A DNA stretch of 61,833 nucleotides, counting the filler, from Chloroflexota bacterium (GTDB lineage: Bacteria > Chloroflexota > Chloroflexia > QHBQ01), in the NCBI GenBank assembly GCA_043754535.1. It is 7 parts of 7 records of this genome, joined end to end, with 100 filler letters (N's around TTAATTAATTAA, not from the genome) between each part and the next. Parts side by side here need not be neighbours in the genome. Positions count along the whole stretch, not along the records: positions 1 to 14,638 come from JAYUUN010000043.1; positions 14,739 to 29,263 come from JAYUUN010000044.1; 5 more parts are not named here. One strand, written 5' to 3'. Positions within the stretch are counted from its first letter, which is position 1. Each line of letters starts with the position of its first letter. A model generated the notes under the pieces. The model did not search any database and had not been told where the DNA came from. It saw only the letters and a program-made list of their open reading frames with translations. Both the position numbers and the translations under genes were made by a program. Shown piece by piece: positions 8,507 through 19,031 of the stretch.

Positions 8507-9484
8507 AGTTGGGCTGGCAGCAGCGGCAACCTGACCAGCGACCGCTACAACTACGATGCCTACGGCAGCCTGCGTGCTGGCAGCGTGAGCAGCACCCAGA
8601 ACGCCTACCGCTACAAGGGGCAGCAGTTCGACCAGACGACCGGGCTTTACAATCTGCGGGCCAGGTACTATAATAGCGGGCAGGGGCGGTTCCTCAGCCA
8701 GGACAAGGCTGGGTACAACTTCGAGAACCCTGTGGAGCTGAACCGGTACGGGTACGTTGCAGGGAACCCTGTTAATAGGTACGATCCAAGTGGCTACGGC
8801 TTGATTGACTACACAAAGATACTGAAGAAGATAGATACAACCGCCGCTTATGCTCTTAACCAAATGGGCCAACTTGAGCGCAACCTCATGGCGGGAGATA
8901 CTTACGCCGTTGCTTCCGCCAACCTCTGGGTAGCTGCTAAACTAGAGTTTGAGTGGGTTCAACAATTTAAGCATGACGAAACCTGCTACAGTAGATGGGG
9001 TAGACCTCGTGTTGCACTAGCGTTTAGCATGGTGGCACCCGCTGGCAACTGGCATCCTATAGTAGCCGCTAGAGGGATGGCCTGCCCTCTGTTCCAGATC
9101 ATGATAGCTCTTGACGTTGAACTAGCAGGTGGTGAGTTTATTAGTGGGATTATGCTTGATGGATGGAGAGGCTGGCTTCCACCTGGCTCACAGTGGGATT
9201 GGGGTCTGAACTTGCATGCGGAGCGTCTCCTCTACGAAGCCTTCGAGAGTCAGATACCGTCCGTTGCAAACAGGGGAACAGGTACCTTTTACGCCATAGG
9301 AGTAAGCCAACCACTTTGTAATGGGCAGTATAGAGATGGTCAGAACTGCCAAAGGTACTTTGGGAAGGGGATGCAAACCGGACGCAAGATGTTCCAGCCT
9401 TTCTCAACGGACTTCCCTGGAGTACAAGCACCCTATCCGCAAATAGCTATAGCCTATCCATGGCAGGACAATGTACCCTTATGA
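8507..9484 (+). CDS. Orphan Rhs core + C-terminal toxin (deaminase-like), N-truncated
   Basis: YNYDAYG, YRYKGQQFD..GLYNLRARYY..GRFLSQD, NPVNRYDPSG cleavage motif; CT has HAE and IGVSQPLC-x9-C; in-frame TGA at 8504. Confidence 0.82.
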   Translation, partial: SWAGSSGNLTSDRYNYDAYGSLRAGSVSSTQNAYRYKGQQFDQTTGLYNLRARYYNSGQGRFLSQDKAGYNFENPVELNRYGYVAGNPVNRYDPSGYGLIDYTKILKKIDTTAAYALNQMGQLERNLMAGDTYAVASANLWVAAKLEFEWVQQFKHDETCYSRWGRPRVALAFSMVAPAGNWHPIVAARGMACPLFQIMIALDVELAGGEFISGIMLDGWRGWLPPGSQWDWGLNLHAERLLYEAFESQIPSVANRGTGTFYAIGVSQPLCNGQYRDGQNCQRYFGKGMQTGRKMFQPFSTDFPGVQAPYPQIAIAYPWQDNVPL

Positions 9485-10260
9485 GATCTTACATCCATAG
9501 ATACTTGGCAGGCGAGTCTCAGCAGGTTTGGGTCGAACTAAGATCTGCTAGTGTGAATGTTCGTGGTCAAGAAGTTTATGATGATGTCCTGTCTGTTGTC
9601 ATGGAGTCAGCAAAGAGAGCAATGTACAACTTTACCATCATAATTAGAAAACTTCAAGAACTAAATTACCTTTTCATATCCAAGTCGCCTTTCATTCAAC
9701 CATCTGTAGATGTCAGAAGTTATCTAGATGAGCTAGAAACTTTGTGTGGGTTGATGCCAATGATTATCCGCTCTTGGTTTGAGGTTGTTGGACACGTAAA
9801 TCTAAGTGGCACACATCCATCCTGGTTGGTTTGTGGGGATTACGAACTACTTTCCATGTACGGAGTTGAATCACGACTTACCGCTCTATCCAAAGAGGCA
9901 CTATGCAGGGAGAAGCCCTTTGTAAAAACATACGCCTTCCAAACTACGTCCTCACTCCTCTCTTGGTACGGACATGATCGAGAACGCTTTCTTGAAGCTG
10001 GGACCATAATAGGTATAAACCTATGGGATGATGAATTGATTATGGCAGGGGACCTGGAGGGTGTTAGTGAGATTGTTGCACCTTTTGCTGGAGCAGATGG
10101 TTACTTTCTCCACAAGGATGCGAACATCGCACCAACTTTTATTGAGTACCTGCGCCGCAGCTTCGAGTGGGGTGGCTTTCCTGGCTTCGCCAACGTGCCA
10201 GAAGAACTGCGCCCCACCGAGATGCTAGACTACCTGCGCGAAGGCTTGCTGCCGATATAA
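9481..10260 (+). CDS. Putative immunity protein
   Basis: ATGA overlap with the toxin stop; lower GC; RYLAGE..VW.EL N-terminus and FIEYLRRSFEWGGFPG C-terminus. Confidence 0.65.
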   Translation: MRSYIHRYLAGESQQVWVELRSASVNVRGQEVYDDVLSVVMESAKRAMYNFTIIIRKLQELNYLFISKSPFIQPSVDVRSYLDELETLCGLMPMIIRSWFEVVGHVNLSGTHPSWLVCGDYELLSMYGVESRLTALSKEALCREKPFVKTYAFQTTSSLLSWYGHDRERFLEAGTIIGINLWDDELIMAGDLEGVSEIVAPFAGADGYFLHKDANIAPTFIEYLRRSFEWGGFPGFANVPEELRPTEMLDYLREGLLPI

Positions 10261-10400
10261 CATTATACCAAACAGCAACCGCCCTACAATCAAGCTAACC
10301 GACGAGCAAGCGTCATCTTGGGCGCAGGCTGTTGCTGCTGGCTTTACCCTCGCACAACTGCGCGTGCTATACATAAGCCTGAGCGACAATCCCACCCGGC

Positions 10401-10658
10401 TTGTTCACACCGTCCACCAACTACTCCCCAGCCCATCAGCTAACTATCTGGTTTGGCATCCTGCGCATCAGCTTCCTGTTTGTCCATTGGTTTGTAGCCT
10501 TTACCGAAGCGGGTAAACTGACCAGCTACGTGGCGGGCCTTATACCGCACAACAAAGACGTGTTTAGCTCACTGCTCGGCCTCATCGTCATAATCCTGAT
10601 CTTTGTTGGCCTGCCCACCAAGCTAGTCGTAAGTTTGGTAAGAAGGGCGCACAAATAG
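10401..10658 (+). CDS. Possible small membrane protein or fragment
   Basis: Two hydrophobic stretches; weak start. Confidence 0.3.
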   Translation: MFTPSTNYSPAHQLTIWFGILRISFLFVHWFVAFTEAGKLTSYVAGLIPHNKDVFSSLLGLIVIILIFVGLPTKLVVSLVRRAHK

Positions 10659-10860
10659 CTCCCAAAGCGAAGGCGGCTCTATACGAGTTTGTTAGTGTGG
10701 AGCATGGTCAGGGCGAATGATGACTTTGCGATAGTGATCATGATAGGTTGTTATTATCACTATCATCTAGCTACCAGCCCTCATCAGAGCTAGATCAGCG
10801 ACCACTTTGAGGCCCAGCGCGACGGCCACTTCCCTCAGTTGGTCAAGATCGGTCTCAGCG

Positions 10861-11240
10861 TACTGCTGTTCGCTACTGCCGCTGGGCAGGTGCGCCAGCA
10901 CGCTCCCCGCGTCTAACAGCAGACTGCTAAAGGCAAGCATGAAATAACGGGCAGCTACCGACTAGACTTAGCTTCCAGATCGGTAGCTATGACCGCAGCC
11001 TTGCCTTGGTGATCGACCCAACCACTGCAGGCGCACTTCAGCCGCGCCTGGCTGGGTACCTGGATGCAGTGATCACCAAGCTGGCCGCCTAGTGGTGACC
11101 ACCTGATCTTCTCTACTTACTTTGGCGGCCTCCGTGTTGACTTTGCTACCCAGGCAGCACTCGACAGCACAGGCAACATCTACCTCTCAGGCCAGACCTT
11201 CTCGCTCAACTTCCCTACCAGGAACGCCTACCTTAGTGCT
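10861..11240 (+). pseudogene. Degraded SBBP-repeat protein fragment
   Basis: LLFATAAGQVRQHAPRV*QQ..GSYDRSLALVIDP..LIFSTYFGG..DSTGNIYLSGQT matches 2350-5130, with stops and frameshifts. Confidence 0.75.
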
Positions 11241-11360
11241 GCTCTGTATTGGAGTGCCAGTCAACTACTTGCTAGCGGCAGTGATGATGATGGGGCTCGT
11301 AGAACCCACAGCGAAGCCGCCCATCCTGCTGGTGGGCGGCCTTGTAAAGTAGGTTGGCTG

Positions 11361-13943
11361 TTACTTGCTTGCAGGGTTGATGGTCAACTGCCCGATAGTT
11401 GTATTACCAGGCTCATCCCGCGACAATTCCTTAGGCTTCAAGCTCTGCTGTTCGAAGTAATGAGCGTAGCTGTTAGGGCTGGCGTGGCTGTGGATAATCG
11501 GCTGAGGCTGGGTGGCCCCACGCCGCTGCCCACCCAACGACCGCTCCTGCCTGCCAAGCAGGTCGCCAGCTTGGTACGGACCCTGGTACTGGATCGGGTT
11601 CAGCATCATGTCCACCAGGATTTGTGAGTGGTCCATGAACGAGAGCGAGCCGCCCGACGCATAGTCTGCCTTTGGATGGTCGTCCAGTGAGCTGAGCAGC
11701 ATACTGCTACCGAGAGCCGAGCCGAAGCGCAGGTTGCCAGCGTAGGGTAGCCCAAAAGGGTTGCCAGGGTCGGTGTAGTAGCGCACGCCACAGTCGGTAC
11801 ACTCCTGCACCCACGCATCGTTGAACTTCGAGAAGGCGTGGTCAAGTAGCTGGAAGGTAGCTGCCGACCACTCGGTGGCGTGGAACCAGGTGTCCCAGTG
11901 GTTGCCGAAGCCGAGGATCAGCGGGCCACCAACTAGCGATACCCCACCGTAGTTGGTCTGGAAGGCGTAGCTGGCCGGGGGTGGATCGTCCTCGTCCAAC
12001 ACTGGGTTTTCGGTGTTCCAGTCCCCACCGATCACTACATTGCGGTCTGGCCCCGCCAACTCCTCCCATATCTTGTAGATTTGCCGGGAGCGACACTCGC
12101 TTCCATTATGCGAGGCGTTGGATGCAGGGTGAACTGCAACAGCACGGAGGGCCACTACCTGATCTACTACCAGGCGGGCAGAGAAGGCAGTGAAGTCGGG
12201 ATTGCAGGTAAGAGGGTACCCTGCGTTGTCAGCTTCGTAGCCGTACACCGAGTCCTCGCTACCAGCCACCAGTTGCACGCGCCTAGTCTTCCAGGCGATA
12301 CACTCATGTTCGCCTGACGAGCCGGGTGTATCCCAGTAAGTGGCACTGCCATCTGGCAAGGTACTCTTGCCGCAGATGTCATTGTAGCCAACGGGCAAGA
12401 GCGGCCCCCCGATGTCGAGGTTGGTGAAGAAGAAAGGCCCAACCTCAAAGTAGGAGGTGCCTGACACGTTGCTGCCCAACAACTGCGCCTCGCGGTAGAC
12501 TTCGGAGAACATGATCACATCCGGTTCCCAGATGTTGATGTACTGGTTGATCGAGCGTACAACGCTGGGGTCGCACAGCTTGTATGTCCAGCAGCCGGGG
12601 TAGAGATTGCCGACGTTGATCGCCAGATAGCGTAGCGGGATCGGTGTAGACCAGGAACGTAGTACGAAGAATCCATCTGTAACTGGCACTGCCTGACCGT
12701 TGATCGTCAGCCTCAATACCGCTGCACTGGCCGGGCTGTTCGCCGCCCGCCCTGGTTCGGGTGGGGTGGCCGCGGCCACGCGGAAGCGGATCGCATTGTT
12801 CGACCAGCTTACGATGCTGGCCGCTACTCCGTTGATCGTTAGGGTGCTGCTACCCTGGGTGGCCCCGAAGTTCAAGCCGCTGATCGTGATGATCTCGCCG
12901 CTACCAGCGGCGGCGGCAGCGGGGTCGATCCGCTCAACTCGCGGCTGACCAGGCACGGGCGTGGAAGTAGGCGTGAGAGTGGGAGCAGGCGTTGAAGTAA
13001 TTGCTAGTACAGTAGGCGTGGCAGTACTGCCTGTTGGTGGGGTGGGAGTGCTACTGACCACTACTGAGCTAGTAGCAACCGGCGTGCCGCACGGTTCCAC
13101 TGGTGCTGTTGCCACCCTGATAGCCTCGGCAGTAACGAAGGCTGTACTCACTGGTGTAAAGGAGCCAGGGCGACAGGTAGCGGTAGCCAGAGGAGTGGCA
13201 GTGCCAGCCGCCCGCGTGCGCGTAGCCGCAATACTGGTGTTGGTGGCGGCAATACTGGTGTTGGTGGCGGCTATGGCTGTATTGGTGGCCGCTGCTGCTG
13301 TGTTGTTGGCCGCCGCCGCAGTGCTGGTTGCGGCCAGGCTGGTGCTGGTTGCACCTATGCTGGTGCTGGTCGCTGCCAAACTGGTGCCAGTCGCCGCCAA
13401 ACTGGTGCGGGTTGCGGCCATCGCCGTATTGGTGCTGCTAATCACGCTAGTACCAGTCGCTGCCAAACTGGTACTGGTTGCGGCCAGGCTGGTGCGCGTC
13501 GCTGCCAGACTGGTGCTGGTTGCCGCCAGGCTAGTACCCGTTGCTACCACTGCTGTGTTGGTACCATTAGCAGCAGCAGCAGTAATCGTTGCCGCCAGCA
13601 CAGTGAGGGTGGTTGCAGGTGTGGCGGGAACGAAGGCTGTATCGGTCGGGCCTGGGGTATAGTTGGGGCTGGCTGCCGTCAGGGTGGCCGCGACGTTGGT
13701 GTTGGTTGCCTGTATTGCTGCCTGGGTCAAGACCCCGACAAATGTAGTACGAGTCAGGTTAGGAGTGCTGGTGCCAGTCAGGGTCAGCTTGGCTGTAGTG
13801 TTATCTGCCGAGTAGAGGCTGGTGGTTTAAACGGTCAGCCGCACCGCTAGCAGAACCAGACTGAGGGCCGAAACTCCTAATACCACAGCCAGGTAGCTCA
13901 TCCAGGCAGGCAGTTCCAGTGACAACTTTGCTTTACCCATCAT
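11361..13943 (-). pseudogene. Membrane-anchored protein: TM, Thr/Ala heptad stalk, IPT/TIG domain, exonuclease-endonuclease-phosphatase domain; in-frame TAA at codon 39
   Basis: ATG 13943 is in frame with ORF 11361-13730; TAA at 13827-13829; EEP motifs INVGN, DVIMFSEV, VIGGDWN, LDH, MDH. Confidence 0.7.
13200..13560 (-). repeat. 21-bp (7-aa) coding tandem repeats, TSLAAT(S/R/G)/TSIAATN
   Basis: Visible in the translation of the stalk; coordinates approximate. Confidence 0.85.
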
Positions 13944-14525
13944 GTGTTTACTACCCCACTTCAGAGACCGGGGTTAACCCAGATGCCATCTTGTGTCAAA
14001 GCGTCGGCTTGAGTTCATTTGCGTGATCTCAACGCAGTTAACAACTTTCATCACTGCCAAGTATACACTGATATGCTTTCTTCTGCAAAGGACAGAGCCT
14101 GGCTGTTTCCAAAGGCTCGGCAGGGATCGGTTAATGTAGCAGACACAGCTTCCCCTTCAGCTTAGGTTTAGATTCCTATTGGGGAATTGGCTGTAGCCAT
14201 TGTCAGTTCAGTAAACTTGGCTCATGAGCAGAAATCTTATGCTACTGACCGGACCGACGTTGAATGGCTGTGCGTCGGCCCCCTGGTTGAATGTAAGTCC
14301 AAGGTCGGCGCACCCACTGAGTTGCACATCTGCACAGTCGTCAGTCTCAAGTAGTGGCTGCCCAGGCTGCTCTCTCAGCTTGAGGGTGGCGACCAGTACT
14401 GTGGTAGGAAGGTGGGGTCTCTGAGGGTGGCCGCTGCGACCAGGTAGACCACCCCAGCATAGTCTTCCAACAGGCCGCCACCTGACCGCATCCCCACCTT
14501 GCTTACTCAGCTTCATGCCCAAAAA

Positions 14526-14554
14526 TTGACACTGTGGCCCTACTCTGCTAGGAT
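14526..14554 (+). promoter_or_regulatory. Putative sigma70 promoter; target gene lies beyond the contig end
   Basis: TTGACA-17 bp-TAGGAT. Confidence 0.5.
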
Positions 14555-14638
14555 ATGCCCAGCCAACGCCACAGCTATAGCATATGTCTAACCCATCGTT
14601 GGTGGAGACACAGAGAGGAGGTCAGGCTGAGGCATCCC

Positions 14639-14738
14639 NNNNNNNNNNNNNNNNNNNNNNNNNNNNNNNNNNNNNNNNNNNNTTAATTAATTAANNNNNN
14701 NNNNNNNNNNNNNNNNNNNNNNNNNNNNNNNNNNNNNN
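14639..14738. other. Artificial contig linker
   Basis: N44-TTAATTAATTAA-N44; same linker at 29264, 34017, 38762, 52883 and 57413. Confidence 0.98.
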
Positions 14739-15041
14739 GGTGGCGGGGCCGCTGACCTGATCGGCGCGGGTCTAACCTTGAGCATCGTAGCCGTGATCGT
14801 GATCCTGGTGGCGGGCTATACCACCCTGCTCTACCGCAGACATCAGGCGGCGGGGCAGGACGCGGGAGCAATGCCTGTCAGCACTTCGGCCCGCGAACTG
14901 GTGCAGTCGCAGCAACTCACGCCCATCGCGGGGGTCAGCGACATGGATGAGCGTAGGATTGACAACACGATCAAACGGCTGCGCTCTCTGCGCGACGACC
15001 AAACGATCAAACGCAGCAGCCCGCAGGAGAAGATGGAGTAA
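14739..15041 (+). CDS. 3' part of a membrane protein (partial)
   Basis: Open from the contig edge; TM helix then charged tail. Confidence 0.5.
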   Translation, partial: GGGAADLIGAGLTLSIVAVIVILVAGYTTLLYRRHQAAGQDAGAMPVSTSARELVQSQQLTPIAGVSDMDERRIDNTIKRLRSLRDDQTIKRSSPQEKME

Positions 15042-15077
15042 GGGAACCACCAACCACATTCCTTGCCCATTTCGCCA

Positions 15078-17201
15078 TCAGGCCCGGTTGTGCAGGAACA
15101 GGCGATCAGCCCAGAGCAGCAGGCTGTTGAGGATGAAGCCGACGATCACTACCATTGGCAACACATAGAGGATCAGCCGCCCGCGCTCGTCCTCCAGTCC
15201 GTCGGCCCAGCGACTGAGCTTGCCCAGCAGCCAGCCACCCGCTAGAGCGAGGGCAGGCAAGGCCCACCAATACTGCTTCATCGCCATATCCGCATAGTAG
15301 TTGAGCAGAAAGACGAGCAAGCCAACCGCCAGGAAGCTGGTCAGGATCGCCTTGCCGAAGATAGCCAGGTCGCCACGCTCTTTGAGCAGCAAGATAGCCA
15401 GGCCCAACCCGCCGAGGATGTAGATCGGCCAGAGGCTGTAGTTGAGCATTGTCTGTACACTCAACCAGAGGTAGCCAGTCCAGGAGGTACTATCAGGCTT
15501 CAGCGTGCCGTCACTGGCAGCAGTCTGGGCGAAGCTGGGCAAAGTTTCGGTGATCAGCAGGTTCAGGTATTGGCCGTAGAACAGCAGCATGGCGATAGTA
15601 GTCGCCAGCACGAGGACGAGCAACAGGCGCAGGTAGGCTGCCCGCTGCGCCCGGTGGTCACCAGCCAGCATTGCCCGAATTATGCTATTGCGCGGCTGCG
15701 CGTCGCTGCTGGCTGGCGGATTGAAGGCTACAAAGCCGAGGGCGGTGGTTGGCGAGGATGCCGAAGCCAACCACTCGCGCCCGCCCCCTAGCACTACGAT
15801 CCCCAGCAAGGTTAGCCCCAGGAACACAGCCGTCACCGTGTAGGAGACGAAGGTGAGGGTGAGCAAGGCGATCAGCCAGAGGACAGCACGGCGATCCAGC
15901 TTCGGCCAGAAGCCAACCAGCAGGGCGACGAAGATGAGGGTGAAGGTGAGGCTGAAGCTGGTCGGCCAGTTACCCCACTGTTGCAGCAGGAAGGTGGCGG
16001 GGGTGAAGGCGATCAGCATGGCAGCGTAGCCACCCACTCTTTCGCCCCAGCCGAAGCGCAGGGCGATGAAGGTGACGAACAGTGGGCGGATCGCATCAGA
16101 GAGTGCGCTGAGGGCGTAAATCTTGAGGTCGAGCGGGCCAGGCAGCCAGGTGAGTGGCACCGAAGCCATGTAGAAGAAGGGCGAGTAGGGGATGACCGCA
16201 GGCGTGCGCCAGTCGCCCTCTGGCATCACCCGCAAAGCCAGGCCGGGCGGGGCGTAGTATCGCCAGAAGTTCTGGGCCACCTCTCCTATGCGAGCCAGGT
16301 GGAAGTCGGCATCTACGACGAAGGCCAGCGGGTGATAAAGGCCACCTAGCTTGATCGCCATCCCAGCGGTGAACACCCCGAACAGCAGGCCCTTGAGCCG
16401 CGAGGTAATGTGGAAGCCCGCCTTTTGGTAGAACCAACTGAGCGTCCATTGTACCGGCCAAAGAGTTAGGTGGGTGAGCAACAGGGTGAGTACAAGTCGG
16501 TCGCTGAAGCAGGTGACAAATAGGCGGGCGAAGACGAGGAAGGCAGCAACCGCCAGCACGTAGGCCAGCCCCCCAGCGAAGGCAAAGCGGGTGCTGAGAT
16601 CAAGCCTTCGTTGCAAGGCGTAGAGCAGTAGTAGGCCAGTGGTTAGCCAGAGCAACTGCCAGGGAGCAGGGGCAACGAAGCCCTCCCCCCAGGTCAGGCG
16701 CGCGAAGTCAGCCTGAAAGGCGACGGCGCGCTTGTCACCAGGGCGCGGGGAGGCAGTAGTTTGCAGGTAGATGACCAGATCGCCGCCCAGCCCACCGTCA
16801 CCCCCCGCTGCAATGCGGGCCGCTGGTACGGCTATGTTGTAGGCTGTGGTGGCAGCAGTGATGCTGATCTGCTGGCTAGCGACCCCGTTGAGGTGGACGA
16901 GGGCAGGTAGGGGCAGGGCGGGGCTACCAGGCGCACTCAATTGCAATTGCACCGTTGCTGCCCCAATACCAACCCCAGGCAGACGGATCGCCGAATAAGC
17001 ATCGGCCCAACGGTAGCTGGTCTGCCCCTCGGCCAGACCCTCGCGCTTGAAGTAGTTGACGACGAAGGGTTGGTCGTAGCCGCCGCCGATGTCAATGTAG
17101 ATCGGGCGTTTGGTCTGGTAAGCTGCCGTCCAAAGGGCGAAGGCGATCAGCAGCAAGCTGGTGACCGCCAGCCAGTCACGGCTTGCGTTCTGTTGTTTCA
17201 T
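15078..17201 (-). CDS. Polytopic membrane protein, GT-C glycosyltransferase-like
   Basis: Many TM helices; D..FH loop and PYSPFFY motif; extracytoplasmic IDIGG..YRW domain. Confidence 0.65.
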   Translation of the reverse strand: MKQQNASRDWLAVTSLLLIAFALWTAAYQTKRPIYIDIGGGYDQPFVVNYFKREGLAEGQTSYRWADAYSAIRLPGVGIGAATVQLQLSAPGSPALPLPALVHLNGVASQQISITAATTAYNIAVPAARIAAGGDGGLGGDLVIYLQTTASPRPGDKRAVAFQADFARLTWGEGFVAPAPWQLLWLTTGLLLLYALQRRLDLSTRFAFAGGLAYVLAVAAFLVFARLFVTCFSDRLVLTLLLTHLTLWPVQWTLSWFYQKAGFHITSRLKGLLFGVFTAGMAIKLGGLYHPLAFVVDADFHLARIGEVAQNFWRYYAPPGLALRVMPEGDWRTPAVIPYSPFFYMASVPLTWLPGPLDLKIYALSALSDAIRPLFVTFIALRFGWGERVGGYAAMLIAFTPATFLLQQWGNWPTSFSLTFTLIFVALLVGFWPKLDRRAVLWLIALLTLTFVSYTVTAVFLGLTLLGIVVLGGGREWLASASSPTTALGFVAFNPPASSDAQPRNSIIRAMLAGDHRAQRAAYLRLLLVLVLATTIAMLLFYGQYLNLLITETLPSFAQTAASDGTLKPDSTSWTGYLWLSVQTMLNYSLWPIYILGGLGLAILLLKERGDLAIFGKAILTSFLAVGLLVFLLNYYADMAMKQYWWALPALALAGGWLLGKLSRWADGLEDERGRLILYVLPMVVIVGFILNSLLLWADRLFLHNRA

Positions 17202-17484
17202 TAGTGGCACTCAAGGTGGTAGCTAGCTGGTTCTCGCAAGCGTCATAGTTGGCGGCAAGTTGGCGCAGTTCTGCCTTCAGCGTCGCCACCGCCTGCTCTA
17301 GTAGCCAGAGGCGGGTTAGCTGCTGGCGCAACTGGCGCGCCTGTTGCTCAAGCTGGCTGGCTTGTTGGGCAGTGCGCCGTCGCTCCTCCAGCAGCAACTT
17401 GCCGCTCTCGCGCAGCCAGTCGCGCATCCGCTCTACGTCGTTGTTCAGCAGGCTGATCTGCTGCTGTCTGGTGCCATCCACCAT
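17176..17484 (-). CDS. Small coiled-coil protein
   Basis: RBS-like GAAGGGG before MVDG; heptad Q/L-rich sequence. Confidence 0.55.
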   Translation of the reverse strand: MVDGTRQQQISLLNNDVERMRDWLRESGKLLLEERRRTAQQASQLEQQARQLRQQLTRLWLLEQAVATLKAELRQLAANYDACENQLATTLSATNETTERKP

Positions 17485-17675
17485 TGCACCGCCCCCTTCT
17501 TTCAAGGTCTGCCCGATTATAGCAACTTTGGCCTACCTAATGCAAACTGGCTGCGTTGATCGGCGGCCAGTGCAGCCCTGTTCCCGCCAACAAACCCTTG
17601 CAGTACTATCCTATTTATGCTACAATGCTTGTGTGAATGCTACTACTAGCATCTAAAAGTAGAATGGGGGCAACT

Positions 17676-19031
17676 ATGATTACCTGCGTGTACTGCCAGC
17701 AGGCCAATTCGGTGCAGGCTACTCTTTGCCAAAAGTGCGGCAAGTCGCTCCAGGTCAGCCGGGCTGATTGGCATCTAGGGCTAGCAAGGGCAGCGGTAGA
17801 GAGCGGCAACTATCCTGGTGCTGTGGCTAGTATCGCTCGTGCTGACGCTGCGATGCTGCCTATCAGCCCGGCAGAGCGGGCAATATACCTGCTCACCGCC
17901 CGCGCCTTCTGGCTGCAAGGCTGCATCTACGCCAGCAAGGGGTTGTATGAGGAGGCAGAGCGCGAGTTGATGCTCGCAGTAGGGCAACTGACTGGGCGTG
18001 TCGGTGGCGAAGTGGTGCTGGCCGATGTCTACAATCGGCTGGGCAACGTCTGCTTCTACAAGGGTCGCCGCGGCGAAGCGACCTCATACTACGAGCAGAG
18101 TAGTAGCCTGGCGGTGGCGATGGAGGCTCCAGTAATTGCAGCTAGAGCATACAACAACCTCGGCAACGTCTACGCTAATCGGGGCGAGATCGAGCAGGCG
18201 AAGCGGTGCTACAACCTTGCGCTTGAGCAAAGCCAACTGAGTGGCGGTCCCACCAGCATCGCGCAGACGAATCGGGTGTTGGCCTGGGTTTACTCGCAAT
18301 ATGGCCCCTATAGTCTCGCCCTGCAACACGCCAGAGAAGCAGCCAGCCTGACCAACCTGGTAGACAATCTCTACTCCCGCTGCCAGATACTCAACGATGT
18401 GGGCGCAACCTTCCTGCGCTATGGCGACTATCATATCGCCGAACACTACCTGCGCGAAGCCTACGACCTCGTGCAGCGCACCGCTAACAAGAGCCTGGAG
18501 ATGAGCATTGCCTCCAGTCTGGCTGACCTAATGCGGGCCGTTGGTGAACGTAGCTCGTGGTTGACTTACTGCGTGCGCGCCCTCAGCGACTCCACTGGCA
18601 GCACGACCCTGCGCTGCGAGGCGGCGGCGCGGATGGCTATCTACTATATTGAGCAGCACGATTGGAAGAAGGCTCAGTATCACCTGCTCTGGCTGCAAGA
18701 GAGCTACGCCCAGAACAACGACGTGATGGCCGAGGAGCTAGCCTTGATGTACCGGGCGCAAGCCCTCTACTACGCGGGCCAGCAAGATTGGGCGCAGGCA
18801 ATTAGCTACTTCGAGCAAGCAGTGCTGACTAATAGCTACAGCCACTACGAACTAGCCACCACCCTACAAGAATACGCCCAGTTGCTCTGCCGTCTAGCCA
18901 GCAGGGACAGTAGCTATAAGGCGCGGGCGGAGTCCACAGCGCGACAGGCGGCTGACCTCTATGCCCAACTGGAACTGCCCCGCCAGCAGGCAATGATGGC
19001 CGAGTTGACTGCCAAGTTTACCGCCGATTAA
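17676..19031 (+). CDS. Zinc-ribbon + TPR protein
   Basis: CxxC-x10-CxxC N-terminus; ARAYNNLGNVY TPR repeats. Confidence 0.8.
   Translation: MITCVYCQQANSVQATLCQKCGKSLQVSRADWHLGLARAAVESGNYPGAVASIARADAAMLPISPAERAIYLLTARAFWLQGCIYASKGLYEEAERELMLAVGQLTGRVGGEVVLADVYNRLGNVCFYKGRRGEATSYYEQSSSLAVAMEAPVIAARAYNNLGNVYANRGEIEQAKRCYNLALEQSQLSGGPTSIAQTNRVLAWVYSQYGPYSLALQHAREAASLTNLVDNLYSRCQILNDVGATFLRYGDYHIAEHYLREAYDLVQRTANKSLEMSIASSLADLMRAVGERSSWLTYCVRALSDSTGSTTLRCEAAARMAIYYIEQHDWKKAQYHLLWLQESYAQNNDVMAEELALMYRAQALYYAGQQDWAQAISYFEQAVLTNSYSHYELATTLQEYAQLLCRLASRDSSYKARAESTARQAADLYAQLELPRQQAMMAELTAKFTAD

Noticed and set aside
12961..13662. 233-aa Val/Ala/Leu repeat ORF on the + strand
   Set aside because: Antisense shadow of the Thr/Ala stalk
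14639..14738. TTAATTAATTAA within N runs, six times
   Set aside because: Artificial all-frame-stop contig linker; ORFs running into X residues are truncated there
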